Positions 31,637 to 40,042 of a stretch of DNA of 64,000 bases are shown piece after piece. The DNA is taken from the IMG/VR virus record IMGVR_UViG_2909314774_000001, one strand, 5' to 3'. This DNA comes from a virus (taxonomy: Duplodnaviria > Heunggongvirae > Uroviricota > Caudoviricetes). Numbering within the stretch: the stretch's first letter is position 1; each line of letters begins with the position of its first letter. The translations under genes and the position numbers were made by a program. The notes under the pieces are model-generated. The model was not told where the DNA came from and searched no databases. It worked only from the letters and a program-made list of their open reading frames with translations.

Positions 31637-31711
31637 GATGGTGTAGCTCAGCGGTAGAGCAGTTGGCTGTTAACCAACTGGTCGGTGGTTCGAATCCACC
31701 CACCATCGCCA
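31637..31711 (+). tRNA. tRNA-Asn (GTT)
   Basis: Hand-folded cloverleaf: acceptor GATGGTG/CACCATC, D-arm GCTC-AGCGGTA-GAGC, anticodon arm GTTGG-CTGTTAA-CCAAC, T-arm GGTGG-TTCGAAT-CCACC, encoded CCA. Confidence 0.85.
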
Positions 31712-31716
31712 ATTTA

Positions 31717-31803
31717 GGGGAGTTAGTCCGTAGGGGCAGCGGGGTAGACTGTAAATCTACTGTCATTGCGACTCGGGTGGTTCGACTCCATCACTCCCCA
31801 CCA
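31717..31803 (+). tRNA. tRNA-Tyr (GTA)
   Basis: Acceptor GGGGAGT/ACTCCCC, anticodon arm GTAGA-CTGTAAA-TCTAC, long variable arm, T-loop TTCGACT, encoded CCA; resembles E. coli tRNA-Tyr. Confidence 0.8.
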
Positions 31804-31807
31804 AATT

Positions 31808-31883
31808 GCCGGTTTAGCTCAGTTGGTAGAGCGCCTGCCTTGTAAGCAGGATGTCAGCGGTTCGATCCCGTTAACCGGCACCA
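31808..31883 (+). tRNA. tRNA-Thr (TGT)
   Basis: Acceptor GCCGGTT/AACCGGC, D-arm GCTC-AGTTGGTA-GAGC, anticodon arm CCTGC-CTTGTAA-GCAGG, T-arm AGCGG-TTCGATC-CCGTT, encoded CCA. Confidence 0.8.
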
Positions 31884-32203
31884 ACACAACAGGTAAGAGC
31901 ATTGGGCGAATCGGCGATACTGACCACAAGCCCGTAAATCGATAGAGTCAGACCAGTGCTCTTACCGTTGTGAGGAAGTGCAGCTCTTTGAAGCAACCAG
32001 AAGATAAGCATCTGGCTTCACAACACAACGATAAGATCATTACGGTTAATCGTCGTTCATGTGCACAATGACTGGTCGAAAGGTAGTGATCTTACCGTTG
32101 TGATGAATGCACAGGCTGATGTGCCGCAACTACAGTAGTGCGCGCTTTGCGGGGCTTGCTACAACCCTGTGTCGGAGTTCAGCACCGACCATCACAATAG
32201 CTG

Positions 32204-32290
32204 GAGAGTAGGGAGCATGGTGCTCAAGCGGTCTTGAAATCCGTCCCATTGTGCAAACGATGATGGTTCGATTCCATTACTCTCCGCCAG
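32204..32290 (+). tRNA. divergent tRNA-Ser-like gene (anticodon TGA), possibly degenerate
   Basis: Acceptor GGAGAGT/ACTCTCC, T-arm GATGG-TTCGATT-CCATT and CCA end are good; anticodon loop CTTGAAA as in tRNA-Ser(UGA), but the D-arm and anticodon stem fold poorly. Confidence 0.45.
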
Positions 32291-32443
32291 ACACAGCGTT
32301 GAGCGGTTTGGCCTTTTAATCAACCAGATTAAGACTCCGCTAACATAAACCAGACCGCTCAACGCTGTGATAGACAATTACGGCAGACGTTCTTAACCAT
32401 AGCTTGCTAACATCCTAGCAACACTTTTTTCAGCGCAAAATTC

Positions 32444-32466
32444 AAAGGGGCTTCGGCCCCTTTTTT
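32444..32466. terminator. bidirectional intrinsic terminator
   Basis: AAAGGGGC-TTCG-GCCCCTTTTTT hairpin with A-tract upstream and T-tract downstream, between the tRNA cluster and the 3' end of the minus-strand 420-aa gene. Confidence 0.7.
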
Positions 32467-32481
32467 GTTGAACAGTGCAAT

Positions 32482-33744
32482 TTACTTTGCATAGTCGCCC
32501 AATTTTAATATTTCGCGCTTATATTCATTAACCATGCTACTGGATTCAGTATAAATTCGATTTAAAAGATTATCGTTATCTTTATTTTCATTTATCTTAA
32601 TTAGTGCTAATTTATATTCATAGTCATCAAATGCCACAATTAAATGGTGGCCTGGGATTATATCTTCGTCACTCTTAAAGTATATATCTTCAAGTATGTA
32701 ATCTAGTTGATTAGATTTTCTTTTCTCGATGTAATCTTCAGCCATAGCTATTACATCATTCCTGTCATTTAACCTGTTTTTTTCGGAAGGCACATCTTCG
32801 TAATGTTGCACGATTGAACAACCAATAAGGCGTGGGATGTAAACGTCAAAATGAGTAACTCTATCATTCGCGGTTTTAAGTAGTTCCTCAAAGTAGTTTC
32901 TTACATGTAAAGGCAACTTCTCAAAGTAATCATTAATTATAGGAGAACAAGGAGTTTTATAATTCATAAGAACCGACGGTACGAGCTTTGGGTGTCGAAA
33001 CATCCAGTCCCTTTTAACGTCCGATGGAACATAATAACTTTTAATGATATTATCAAAATAATTTATCATTCGAGATTTGAATATTTTGTTGAATCTAAGG
33101 TTTATGAATGTATCCAGATAAGGCATATTTGAATAAGCATCATCAAAAAATATTTCATCATTGAAAAAATCATATTTATTCAATAAACAACACAGTTTTT
33201 CCGAATTAATATGTTCACAATAATCGATTTTTAATCCAAAGATAGCAATGATCAACTTCATCTGAGGTGGGATTTTAAAAATTAATTGTGACACATACGC
33301 TCTTTTTTCCTTGAGACATTCCCCATCAATATAAAATGAACCATCCACATACTCAAATATATTAATAATATGCTTCACATACTGTATTACCTCATGCTGT
33401 CTTACCAATGGGTAATATAGTCTATGTAACTCATCGCTGTTTAAATTAATTTTGTGTTTATCGATAATTTGTTTTGCAAGAAGACATAACTCATCATGTT
33501 GATTTAATAAGGAATCAAACCATTGTTTAAATGCACTCTTTCGCATTTCGAACAATGATTCAGTTGTTAATTGAAGGGCTGAAAAAGCTGCTTTTGCACT
33601 TTTTCTCGCTTCGTAGGCATTCCATGCTGTTGCTATAAAAGCAAATGCTGTAGCCAATGTTCCAACAGTTTGACCATTTAAAACAACCCAATCCCAAAAA
33701 ATGACGGTGAGCAGTAGTATAATAATGAAAATTAAAAAAGGCAT
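32482..33744 (-). CDS. membrane-anchored protein of unknown function in low-GC cargo region (abortive-infection-like candidate)
   Basis: 420 aa; two N-terminal hydrophobic helices (FLIFIIILLLTVIFWDWVV, GTLATAFAFIATAW) then a large Asn/Tyr/Asp-rich soluble domain; opposite strand to neighbours, AT-rich, own promoter region and terminator. Confidence 0.5.
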   Translation of the reverse strand: MPFLIFIIILLLTVIFWDWVVLNGQTVGTLATAFAFIATAWNAYEARKSAKAAFSALQLTTESLFEMRKSAFKQWFDSLLNQHDELCLLAKQIIDKHKINLNSDELHRLYYPLVRQHEVIQYVKHIINIFEYVDGSFYIDGECLKEKRAYVSQLIFKIPPQMKLIIAIFGLKIDYCEHINSEKLCCLLNKYDFFNDEIFFDDAYSNMPYLDTFINLRFNKIFKSRMINYFDNIIKSYYVPSDVKRDWMFRHPKLVPSVLMNYKTPCSPIINDYFEKLPLHVRNYFEELLKTANDRVTHFDVYIPRLIGCSIVQHYEDVPSEKNRLNDRNDVIAMAEDYIEKRKSNQLDYILEDIYFKSDEDIIPGHHLIVAFDDYEYKLALIKINENKDNDNLLNRIYTESSSMVNEYKREILKLGDYAK

Positions 33745-33918
33745 GTATGTATTTCACTCTACTAACTATAAAATATTAGGCTAATGTTAACCAAACAATG
33801 CCTTAATTAATAGATTGATCGAGGCTTTAATAGCTTTATAATGCAGATTGCAAAGATAAGTATGCACACACCTATCTTCTTTGTAAGTAAAGTTGCATAT
33901 CAATTCTATGAGGTAACA

Positions 33919-34164
33919 ATGACAATCACTATCTACGGACGAGATAACTGCTCATACTGCAAACGTGCGGTCGAGCTGGCGAAGCAACTAAAGGGACATG
34001 GCTACGGTGATTATGAGTACATCGACATCACTACTGCCGGTATCGACAAGGAAAAACTTAGTGAAATTGTTGGTAAACCGGTAGAGACTATCCCCCAAGT
34101 ACTGATCGATGGTCAACCGATTGGCGGATACACAGAACTGGCTGCATACGTCAGCACCCTCTGA
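33919..34164 (+). CDS. glutaredoxin-like protein (NrdH/Grx type)
   Basis: MTITIYGRDNCSYCKRA with CxxC active site and GGY..L C-terminal motif of glutaredoxins; GAGG RBS; followed by hairpin terminator 34169-34194 (AACGGCTC-ACAG-GAGCCGTT + T-run). Confidence 0.75.
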   Translation: MTITIYGRDNCSYCKRAVELAKQLKGHGYGDYEYIDITTAGIDKEKLSEIVGKPVETIPQVLIDGQPIGGYTELAAYVSTL

Positions 34165-34375
34165 TTTTAACGGCTCACAGGAGCCGTTTTTTATTCCCAC
34201 CAAACTCACTCCTGTTTCCCTTAAAATTCAAAAAACAACGTCTAAATGATTCCATACCTACTATGTATGGAATCATTGCTGAAAATGAGTTACTTTTACT
34301 CTTGATCCTATAAGAATCTATGCCTAATATACTGTTTACTTATACAGTGCATCGGCGTAACTCGGTGATTGTCAT

Positions 34376-35479
34376 ATGAAAAATAGCTTTGACAGAGCAC
34401 GCGCTGCGGAGAACACCTCAAAAGAGGCGATAGAGTATCTCGAAAGAGCATCTCAAATGCAGGCCGTTATGATCTCCCAGGTCAGCAATGACATGAGATT
34501 CTCGGACGCATTCATGTTATTCACTCGCTTATCTCTGCTGATAACCAGACGTCGGCCAGAGATCGCTGTTCATTGTATTTTGATACATGTTTTGCCGCAC
34601 ATTGCCGATGTAAAAGTAAGTGACATTAATAGGTTCATGGTGAACCAACTGGTCAACCCACTAATACTGGATGGCAAAATTGTTATGGGCCGCCGCGTTT
34701 TCTCTCTGATGAAGCAGTTCCTTAGCTGGTGCGCCTTCCAGGGGATGATAGACGTGTCACCGTTAAACGATATGTCACTTAACAAAGTTGCCGGTGGCGC
34801 AAAGCCCACACCTCGCGAGCGGAAGCTGACCGACGCAGAGGTATGGGTGTTCTGGAATATATGGGACTACTTCAATGTGTGTGCTGGTACAAAATGGGCG
34901 GCCAGGCTATGTCTTGTATCCGCAAGACGACCTGACGAAGTACTGCGGGCTAAAAAAAGTGAGTTCAATCTTAAGCGTGGGGTTTGGAATCAAGGCAAGA
35001 GGAACAAATCTGCCCGTGAGCATTCTCTGCCTTTAAGCTCATTAATGCGCACTTGTATTGAAGAGTTGTTCGAATATGGTAAAGACAGCCAGTGGCTCGT
35101 GCCTTCGAATAAAAAAATCGGGAAAGACCTTCCTATGTCTAAAGTGGCAATAGCCCAGGCATTACGTCGTATTCTGGAACGACCAGAACTGATGGAGCTT
35201 GAGCCATTTACACCCCGAGATTTGCGCCGTACTGCGCGTAGTTACTTCCCAGCATTAGGCATAAGCCAGGAGGTATCACGTAAAATCATGAACCACAGTC
35301 TTGAGGGGATAGATCGGGTCTACGACCGGCACGATTATATGGACGAGATGCGAGACGCCTTAGAAAGTTTCTCGACGTACATCGCATCAATCGTAGAGCA
35401 ACCGGATTTAGACGAAATTGACCACAAATTTAAGGGAGATCGTCTATCAACAGAGCTTATTCGTGTAAATTTTTCATAG
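34376..35479 (+). CDS. tyrosine site-specific recombinase
   Basis: C-terminal catalytic region with LVSARRPDEVL (box I Arg), PRDLRRTARS (box II) and IMNHSLEGIDRVYDRHDY (HxxxxxxxxY, Tyr nucleophile). N-terminal region unusual, start uncertain. Confidence 0.7.
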   Translation: MKNSFDRARAAENTSKEAIEYLERASQMQAVMISQVSNDMRFSDAFMLFTRLSLLITRRRPEIAVHCILIHVLPHIADVKVSDINRFMVNQLVNPLILDGKIVMGRRVFSLMKQFLSWCAFQGMIDVSPLNDMSLNKVAGGAKPTPRERKLTDAEVWVFWNIWDYFNVCAGTKWAARLCLVSARRPDEVLRAKKSEFNLKRGVWNQGKRNKSAREHSLPLSSLMRTCIEELFEYGKDSQWLVPSNKKIGKDLPMSKVAIAQALRRILERPELMELEPFTPRDLRRTARSYFPALGISQEVSRKIMNHSLEGIDRVYDRHDYMDEMRDALESFSTYIASIVEQPDLDEIDHKFKGDRLSTELIRVNFS

Positions 35480-35860
35480 AGACTTTATGGCCTCAACAAC
35501 CTTTTGTGATGCGCCTTTCTCTTTACCGAATCGCTCGTTATATGCAGCAAGAACCTGTTTTTCGTCCTCGTTAAGAGGAGCAGTGCCTTCTTTGTATAAA
35601 AATGCTGCGAGTTCGGGTTGGCGTTCTTCCAGCACCATCATCATAAGACGACTTGGCTCAATACCCAGTGCCAGCGCCAGCGGACGAACCTTATCGATAG
35701 GCAAAGGAATTTTGCCGCTTTTAATTAAAGAAAGGTTGTTGGCGTTTTTATACCCAATTGTTTTGGCTATCTGGGCCTGGCTCATAGGTGAGGATTCAAT
35801 CAACCCTGCGATAAAAGCAGCGTAGCGACTTTCTATAAATTCAATCTTGTTATCAGACAT
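35474..35860 (-). CDS. XRE-family helix-turn-helix transcriptional regulator
   Basis: 128 aa, convergent with the recombinase; HTH segment SQAQIAKTIGYKNANNLSLIKSG resembles Cro/CI-type DNA-binding domains. Confidence 0.6.
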   Translation of the reverse strand: MSDNKIEFIESRYAAFIAGLIESSPMSQAQIAKTIGYKNANNLSLIKSGKIPLPIDKVRPLALALGIEPSRLMMMVLEERQPELAAFLYKEGTAPLNEDEKQVLAAYNERFGKEKGASQKVVEAIKSL

Positions 35861-36422
35861 GGTTACAACCTTTGCGCGTTCAATTCTCTCTGGTAAGTGC
35901 TTACCGATATTACATCAAAGGTTAGGGTTGTAAAGCTATTATCATTTTTTTCGATAGGCACTTAAAAGACCGGTTAAAGGCCATTGCACGGAGAAAAATT
36001 AGCCCAAAACAGGTAAGAAAATCAACTTGCATATGATATGAATGTATTCAGTATTGATACAAATTTTAGTAGTATTCCTTACCATAATATAAGTTAGAAT
36101 GGATTGATTGAATGAACACCACTATTTCCAGCCTAATCGCTCTTGAGATCGGACACGTACAGAAATTAGCTGATGAGTGTGTAGCTGACATCCTCACCGA
36201 TCTACCGAATGAGCAGATTCAGGTTGGTGTGAATGACACAACTGGATTTATATTCGAACTTAACAACAAACGCTTCACGCTTCTCAATACCGGCTCCGGG
36301 TCTTTAGCCGTCAGAATCTGTTAACCCCTCTTCTCCCTGCGCGAATGGCTTAGTTCCCTGTTCGCGCAGTGCTACATTAAACACACTAGTAAATAATTTG
36401 TTTTCATAACAAAGGATTAGCC

Positions 36423-38531
36423 ATGTCTAAAAAACGTTCCATCAAAGAGGTTCAGGACTTCCGTGACAGTGTAAAACGAGTAGTCGCTCTCCTTTCAGGT
36501 AAAAACATCCCTGTTGCAGAACGAGGGGACGACGCTTATGTACGCTATAACGATGATGGAGAGCCAATTCTCGTAAACATCCCATCAATCCCGGATAACG
36601 CAACACCGGCATTGATGAATGCTGTGCGCGGATTTCTCGATCATGAGGTTGCTCACATTTTGTTTACCGATATTCGTGTGTCCAACAAAATGAGAGAAAA
36701 AGGACGCGTTCCTTCCTGGTCGCTATGGAATGCCTTAGAAGACGTGTTCATCGAGCGAAAAATGGGTCAGGTCTTTAACGGAACAAGACGTAATCTGATG
36801 GCAACTCAGCGCCTTATAATCGAAAAAGTCTTTAAACCAAAGGCTTCAGAGGCTATTGCTTATTGTGGCAAAGATCAGCGCGCGCTTTTTCTAAACTTCT
36901 TTCTCTGTCCGGTTGTAAGAGCCTGGGATGGCCAAGCACCGTTCGTAGATTTCATGGATGAATATTGGCCTGTCATTGAGAAACCAATTTCATTATTAAA
37001 AGAACATGGTATCGATGTGGCCGTGCGTAACATGTCTTGCACCGAGGATTGTGTAAAGGTGGCTGCGACCATAGCTAAGATCCTCAAAGACACTGAAAGT
37101 GAAAGCAAAGGTAAGGAGTCAGCTCCGGGAAAAACTTCCGATCCTTCAGACGCTGACCAGACGGATGCCTCTGGAGAAAACAATGAAGACAACGAAGATC
37201 ATGAGACACCCTCATCGTTAGATAATCACAAATCTATTAAATCAGAGTCACATAGTAAGCACAAACATGATAATAACGACAGTGATGATTCAGATAATCC
37301 TGAATCATCAGAAACAATATTCGATGATACAGAAAATGATAAAGCGGTATCAGATTCTGATGCTTCTGATAACGCGGCGTCAGAATCATTAACCGCTGAC
37401 CACGAAAAAAGAAAAACGACAGAAGACGGCTCTTCAGACATTCCAACTCCGTCAAAAATGAGTCTGGAAGAGGCTTTAGAGGAGTTGGATAGCATGGAAG
37501 ATGAAGTCGGAGGCATGACAGAAGATGCGCTATCCGAAACGATTAAAAGCGAGTTAACAGAAAGCTCGAAAAGCGAATACAGGCCATACAATCGCTCATA
37601 CGACTTCATCGGCTCGATTGATCAGGCAGAAGCCCATATCAAACGGCTTATTAAAACATTCTCCGATATTGATTTAGGTGGATATCCAATCAGCCGTTAT
37701 CGCATCGTTCCTGAAGGCAACCAACTCTTCGACAAATATATTGAAAAGCACCTTTCGTCAGGTGTTTCGTCGACGCTGGCAAAAGACCTGGAACGTGCAA
37801 TAGCAAGCAGAAACAGAGTTCAGTTTATACCTGGCCAGCGTCGGGGGCGCATTCATGGTTCAAGTATCTACAGATTAACAATGAATGATGATCGCGTGTT
37901 TCGTAAAAAAGAAGAATCTAAAGCCGTTAACGCCTGTGTTCAACAAGTGATTGATTTATCGGGTTCAATGAGTGGCGAAACGATAAAACTAGCTCTTGCA
38001 AGTGCATATACCATCGCCGATGCACTTGATCGAATAAATGTTCCCAACATTATCACCGGCTTCACTACATTTGGCAGTCATATGGCAGCAGGAGAACTTA
38101 AGGCTATCAAATATGAGTTCTCTCGCTTTGAATCTTTAATGCTACCTATCATCAAAAATTGGAATGAAAAAGCAAATTCTCGCGAAGTTCGCTCACGTAT
38201 GGGGTGCGTAGGCTACACATTCCCACTTCTTAATAACGTGGATGGTGAAAGCATAGCCAGCCTTGCATCGTTATTTTCCGGTCGCTTGGAGGACAGGAAG
38301 ATCATGCTTGTTCTGAGCGATGGCGCGCCGTGGGCTGTTGGGAGAGGTTTTGACGCCCATTTGCGTTCGGTTACGAAGCAAATTGAAACGCAGACTGACA
38401 TTGATTTGATGGCAATTGGCATCATGACTGATGCACCGGAGAGATTTTACGCAAATCATGCCCTGGTAACTAGTGTTGATAGTCTTGGTTCATCTGTAGT
38501 TACTGAACTATCTCGTATCATTTTGAAGTAA
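36423..38531 (+). CDS. VWA-domain protein (CobT-like) with acidic Ser/Asp-rich linker
   Basis: C-terminal von Willebrand A domain with MIDAS motif D-L-S-G-S-M-S-G; central low-complexity acidic stretch (DNNDSDDSDNPESSE...). Confidence 0.65.
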   Translation: MSKKRSIKEVQDFRDSVKRVVALLSGKNIPVAERGDDAYVRYNDDGEPILVNIPSIPDNATPALMNAVRGFLDHEVAHILFTDIRVSNKMREKGRVPSWSLWNALEDVFIERKMGQVFNGTRRNLMATQRLIIEKVFKPKASEAIAYCGKDQRALFLNFFLCPVVRAWDGQAPFVDFMDEYWPVIEKPISLLKEHGIDVAVRNMSCTEDCVKVAATIAKILKDTESESKGKESAPGKTSDPSDADQTDASGENNEDNEDHETPSSLDNHKSIKSESHSKHKHDNNDSDDSDNPESSETIFDDTENDKAVSDSDASDNAASESLTADHEKRKTTEDGSSDIPTPSKMSLEEALEELDSMEDEVGGMTEDALSETIKSELTESSKSEYRPYNRSYDFIGSIDQAEAHIKRLIKTFSDIDLGGYPISRYRIVPEGNQLFDKYIEKHLSSGVSSTLAKDLERAIASRNRVQFIPGQRRGRIHGSSIYRLTMNDDRVFRKKEESKAVNACVQQVIDLSGSMSGETIKLALASAYTIADALDRINVPNIITGFTTFGSHMAAGELKAIKYEFSRFESLMLPIIKNWNEKANSREVRSRMGCVGYTFPLLNNVDGESIASLASLFSGRLEDRKIMLVLSDGAPWAVGRGFDAHLRSVTKQIETQTDIDLMAIGIMTDAPERFYANHALVTSVDSLGSSVVTELSRIILK

Positions 38532-38626
38532 TTAAAACAGCCTTAATGATAAGTAACTACTTACCATAGTTAATGGTATATTTATATAAGAACTTGAACG
38601 CTCATTAGAGAACAAAGGAAAAGCGC

Positions 38627-39862
38627 ATGACTACTACTGCACTGCAAAATGATAAAAATCCTTCTGATTACCTTGTTTGCAAGTGGTGCGGCAAATCATT
38701 TCACTATTTTAAGTCCCATGTAGCCAATGGTAATTGCGAGGGCATTCCTGAGTCAGTAAAAGATGCCGATCCTGACACCGTACTGAAAATGTACACAACG
38801 CAGTTTCCAGATGAACCAACGCTATCGAAAAAGGCACTTGATGCAATTCAAGCTAAACGTGCCGAGCAAAAAAGCGAAATGGCGAAATCTTCTGGCTTGA
38901 CCAGTAGCCCAGGCTACACAGGCACAGTTGAGTACAAGACAGATCTGGTCGCAGCTCACGAACTGCTAAACGTAACGGTGGAAGAACTCGGAACAAAACG
39001 TGGGACGCCGCTCATGGTTAGCGTCAACGTCAATACGCCGTATCCAGAGTTCGTTCCAGAAGTGAAGAAGGGCTACGTATATGGCGACTTCGAACTGATC
39101 AAAGATATTTTCATGATGCTTGAACTTGGCATACCTGGCTATTTGTGGGGTCATGCAGGAACAGGCAAATCGTCATTGCCTACACAGCTATGTGCTTTGC
39201 TCAATCGTCCGTTGATCCGTGCCCAACATACAGCATCAATGGAAGAGGCACATGTTACGGGGCAAATTCTGGCGCGTGATGGCTCTACGTATTTCGAGCC
39301 TGGCTTGCTTGCGCTCGCAATGAAGCATGGCTGGGTTTACCTCGCGGATGAATACGACTTTGCGTTTCCACAAATTCTTGGCGTGTATCAGCCAGTGCTG
39401 GAAGGTGAGGCGTTGGTCATCAAAGAGGCAACTCCAGAATGGCGTCGCATTACTCCGCATGAACGGTTTGCTTTCATTGGCACTGGCAACACAAACGGTT
39501 CTGGTGATGAAACCGGCTTGTACCAGGGTACAAACATCCAGAACGCCGCGAACTTTTCACGTTTTGGCATCGTTTCGAATGTGAAATACATGAGCAAAGA
39601 GGCAGAGATCAACATGTTGATAAATGCCGGCATCGTGGATGAATACGCTGAAAAGATGGTTAAGTTTGCCGGTATCGTTCGCGATGGATATGAAGAACAC
39701 CTTATCAGCCAGCCAATTGGGCCTCGTGAGCTTTTGTTGTCGGCCAAGATTGGAATGATGCGAGGCGACTTTGTGACAGGTATTGAGCGTTCTTTCATTA
39801 ACAAACTCCCTTCAGCTTCTGCGCAAGCGGCTCGTGAAGTTGTTCAAAAAATATTTGGTTAA
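38627..39862 (+). CDS. AAA+ ATPase (CobS/MoxR-like)
   Basis: Walker A GHAGTGKSS, Walker B-like VYLADEYD, arginine-finger region; immediately downstream of the VWA protein, the usual CobS/CobT or MoxR/VWA pairing. Confidence 0.7.
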   Translation: MTTTALQNDKNPSDYLVCKWCGKSFHYFKSHVANGNCEGIPESVKDADPDTVLKMYTTQFPDEPTLSKKALDAIQAKRAEQKSEMAKSSGLTSSPGYTGTVEYKTDLVAAHELLNVTVEELGTKRGTPLMVSVNVNTPYPEFVPEVKKGYVYGDFELIKDIFMMLELGIPGYLWGHAGTGKSSLPTQLCALLNRPLIRAQHTASMEEAHVTGQILARDGSTYFEPGLLALAMKHGWVYLADEYDFAFPQILGVYQPVLEGEALVIKEATPEWRRITPHERFAFIGTGNTNGSGDETGLYQGTNIQNAANFSRFGIVSNVKYMSKEAEINMLINAGIVDEYAEKMVKFAGIVRDGYEEHLISQPIGPRELLLSAKIGMMRGDFVTGIERSFINKLPSASAQAAREVVQKIFG

Positions 39863-40042
39863 TCGTGCGTAAAGGATGTTTCGGCTCTCTTATCGCTGCT
39901 TCTGAAACTGGCAAGGCTTGTCTGGGGTGTCCAGACAAGCCCGATTGTCACCAATCAGCAAAAGAAGTTGCGATTTCGATGTATGGGAAGTTCGTAGGCT
40001 TCCCCAATGACAAAATCAAAAAAACCAGAAAGGTAAAAACAC

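Noticed and set aside
31584-31845. ORFs 31584-31766 (minus) and 31663-31845 (plus) from the six-frame track
   Set aside because: They overlap the three hand-folded tRNA genes; the sequence is better explained as tRNA.
31600-35479. tRNA cluster next to a tyrosine recombinase as a prophage attachment junction (window spanning a chromosome/prophage boundary)
   Set aside because: Both sides of the tRNA/recombinase region carry phage replication genes with the same start-codon context and intergenic motif, so the tRNAs are phage-encoded and no host flank is visible; an attP function for the nearby palindrome remains possible but integration into a chromosome is not supported here.
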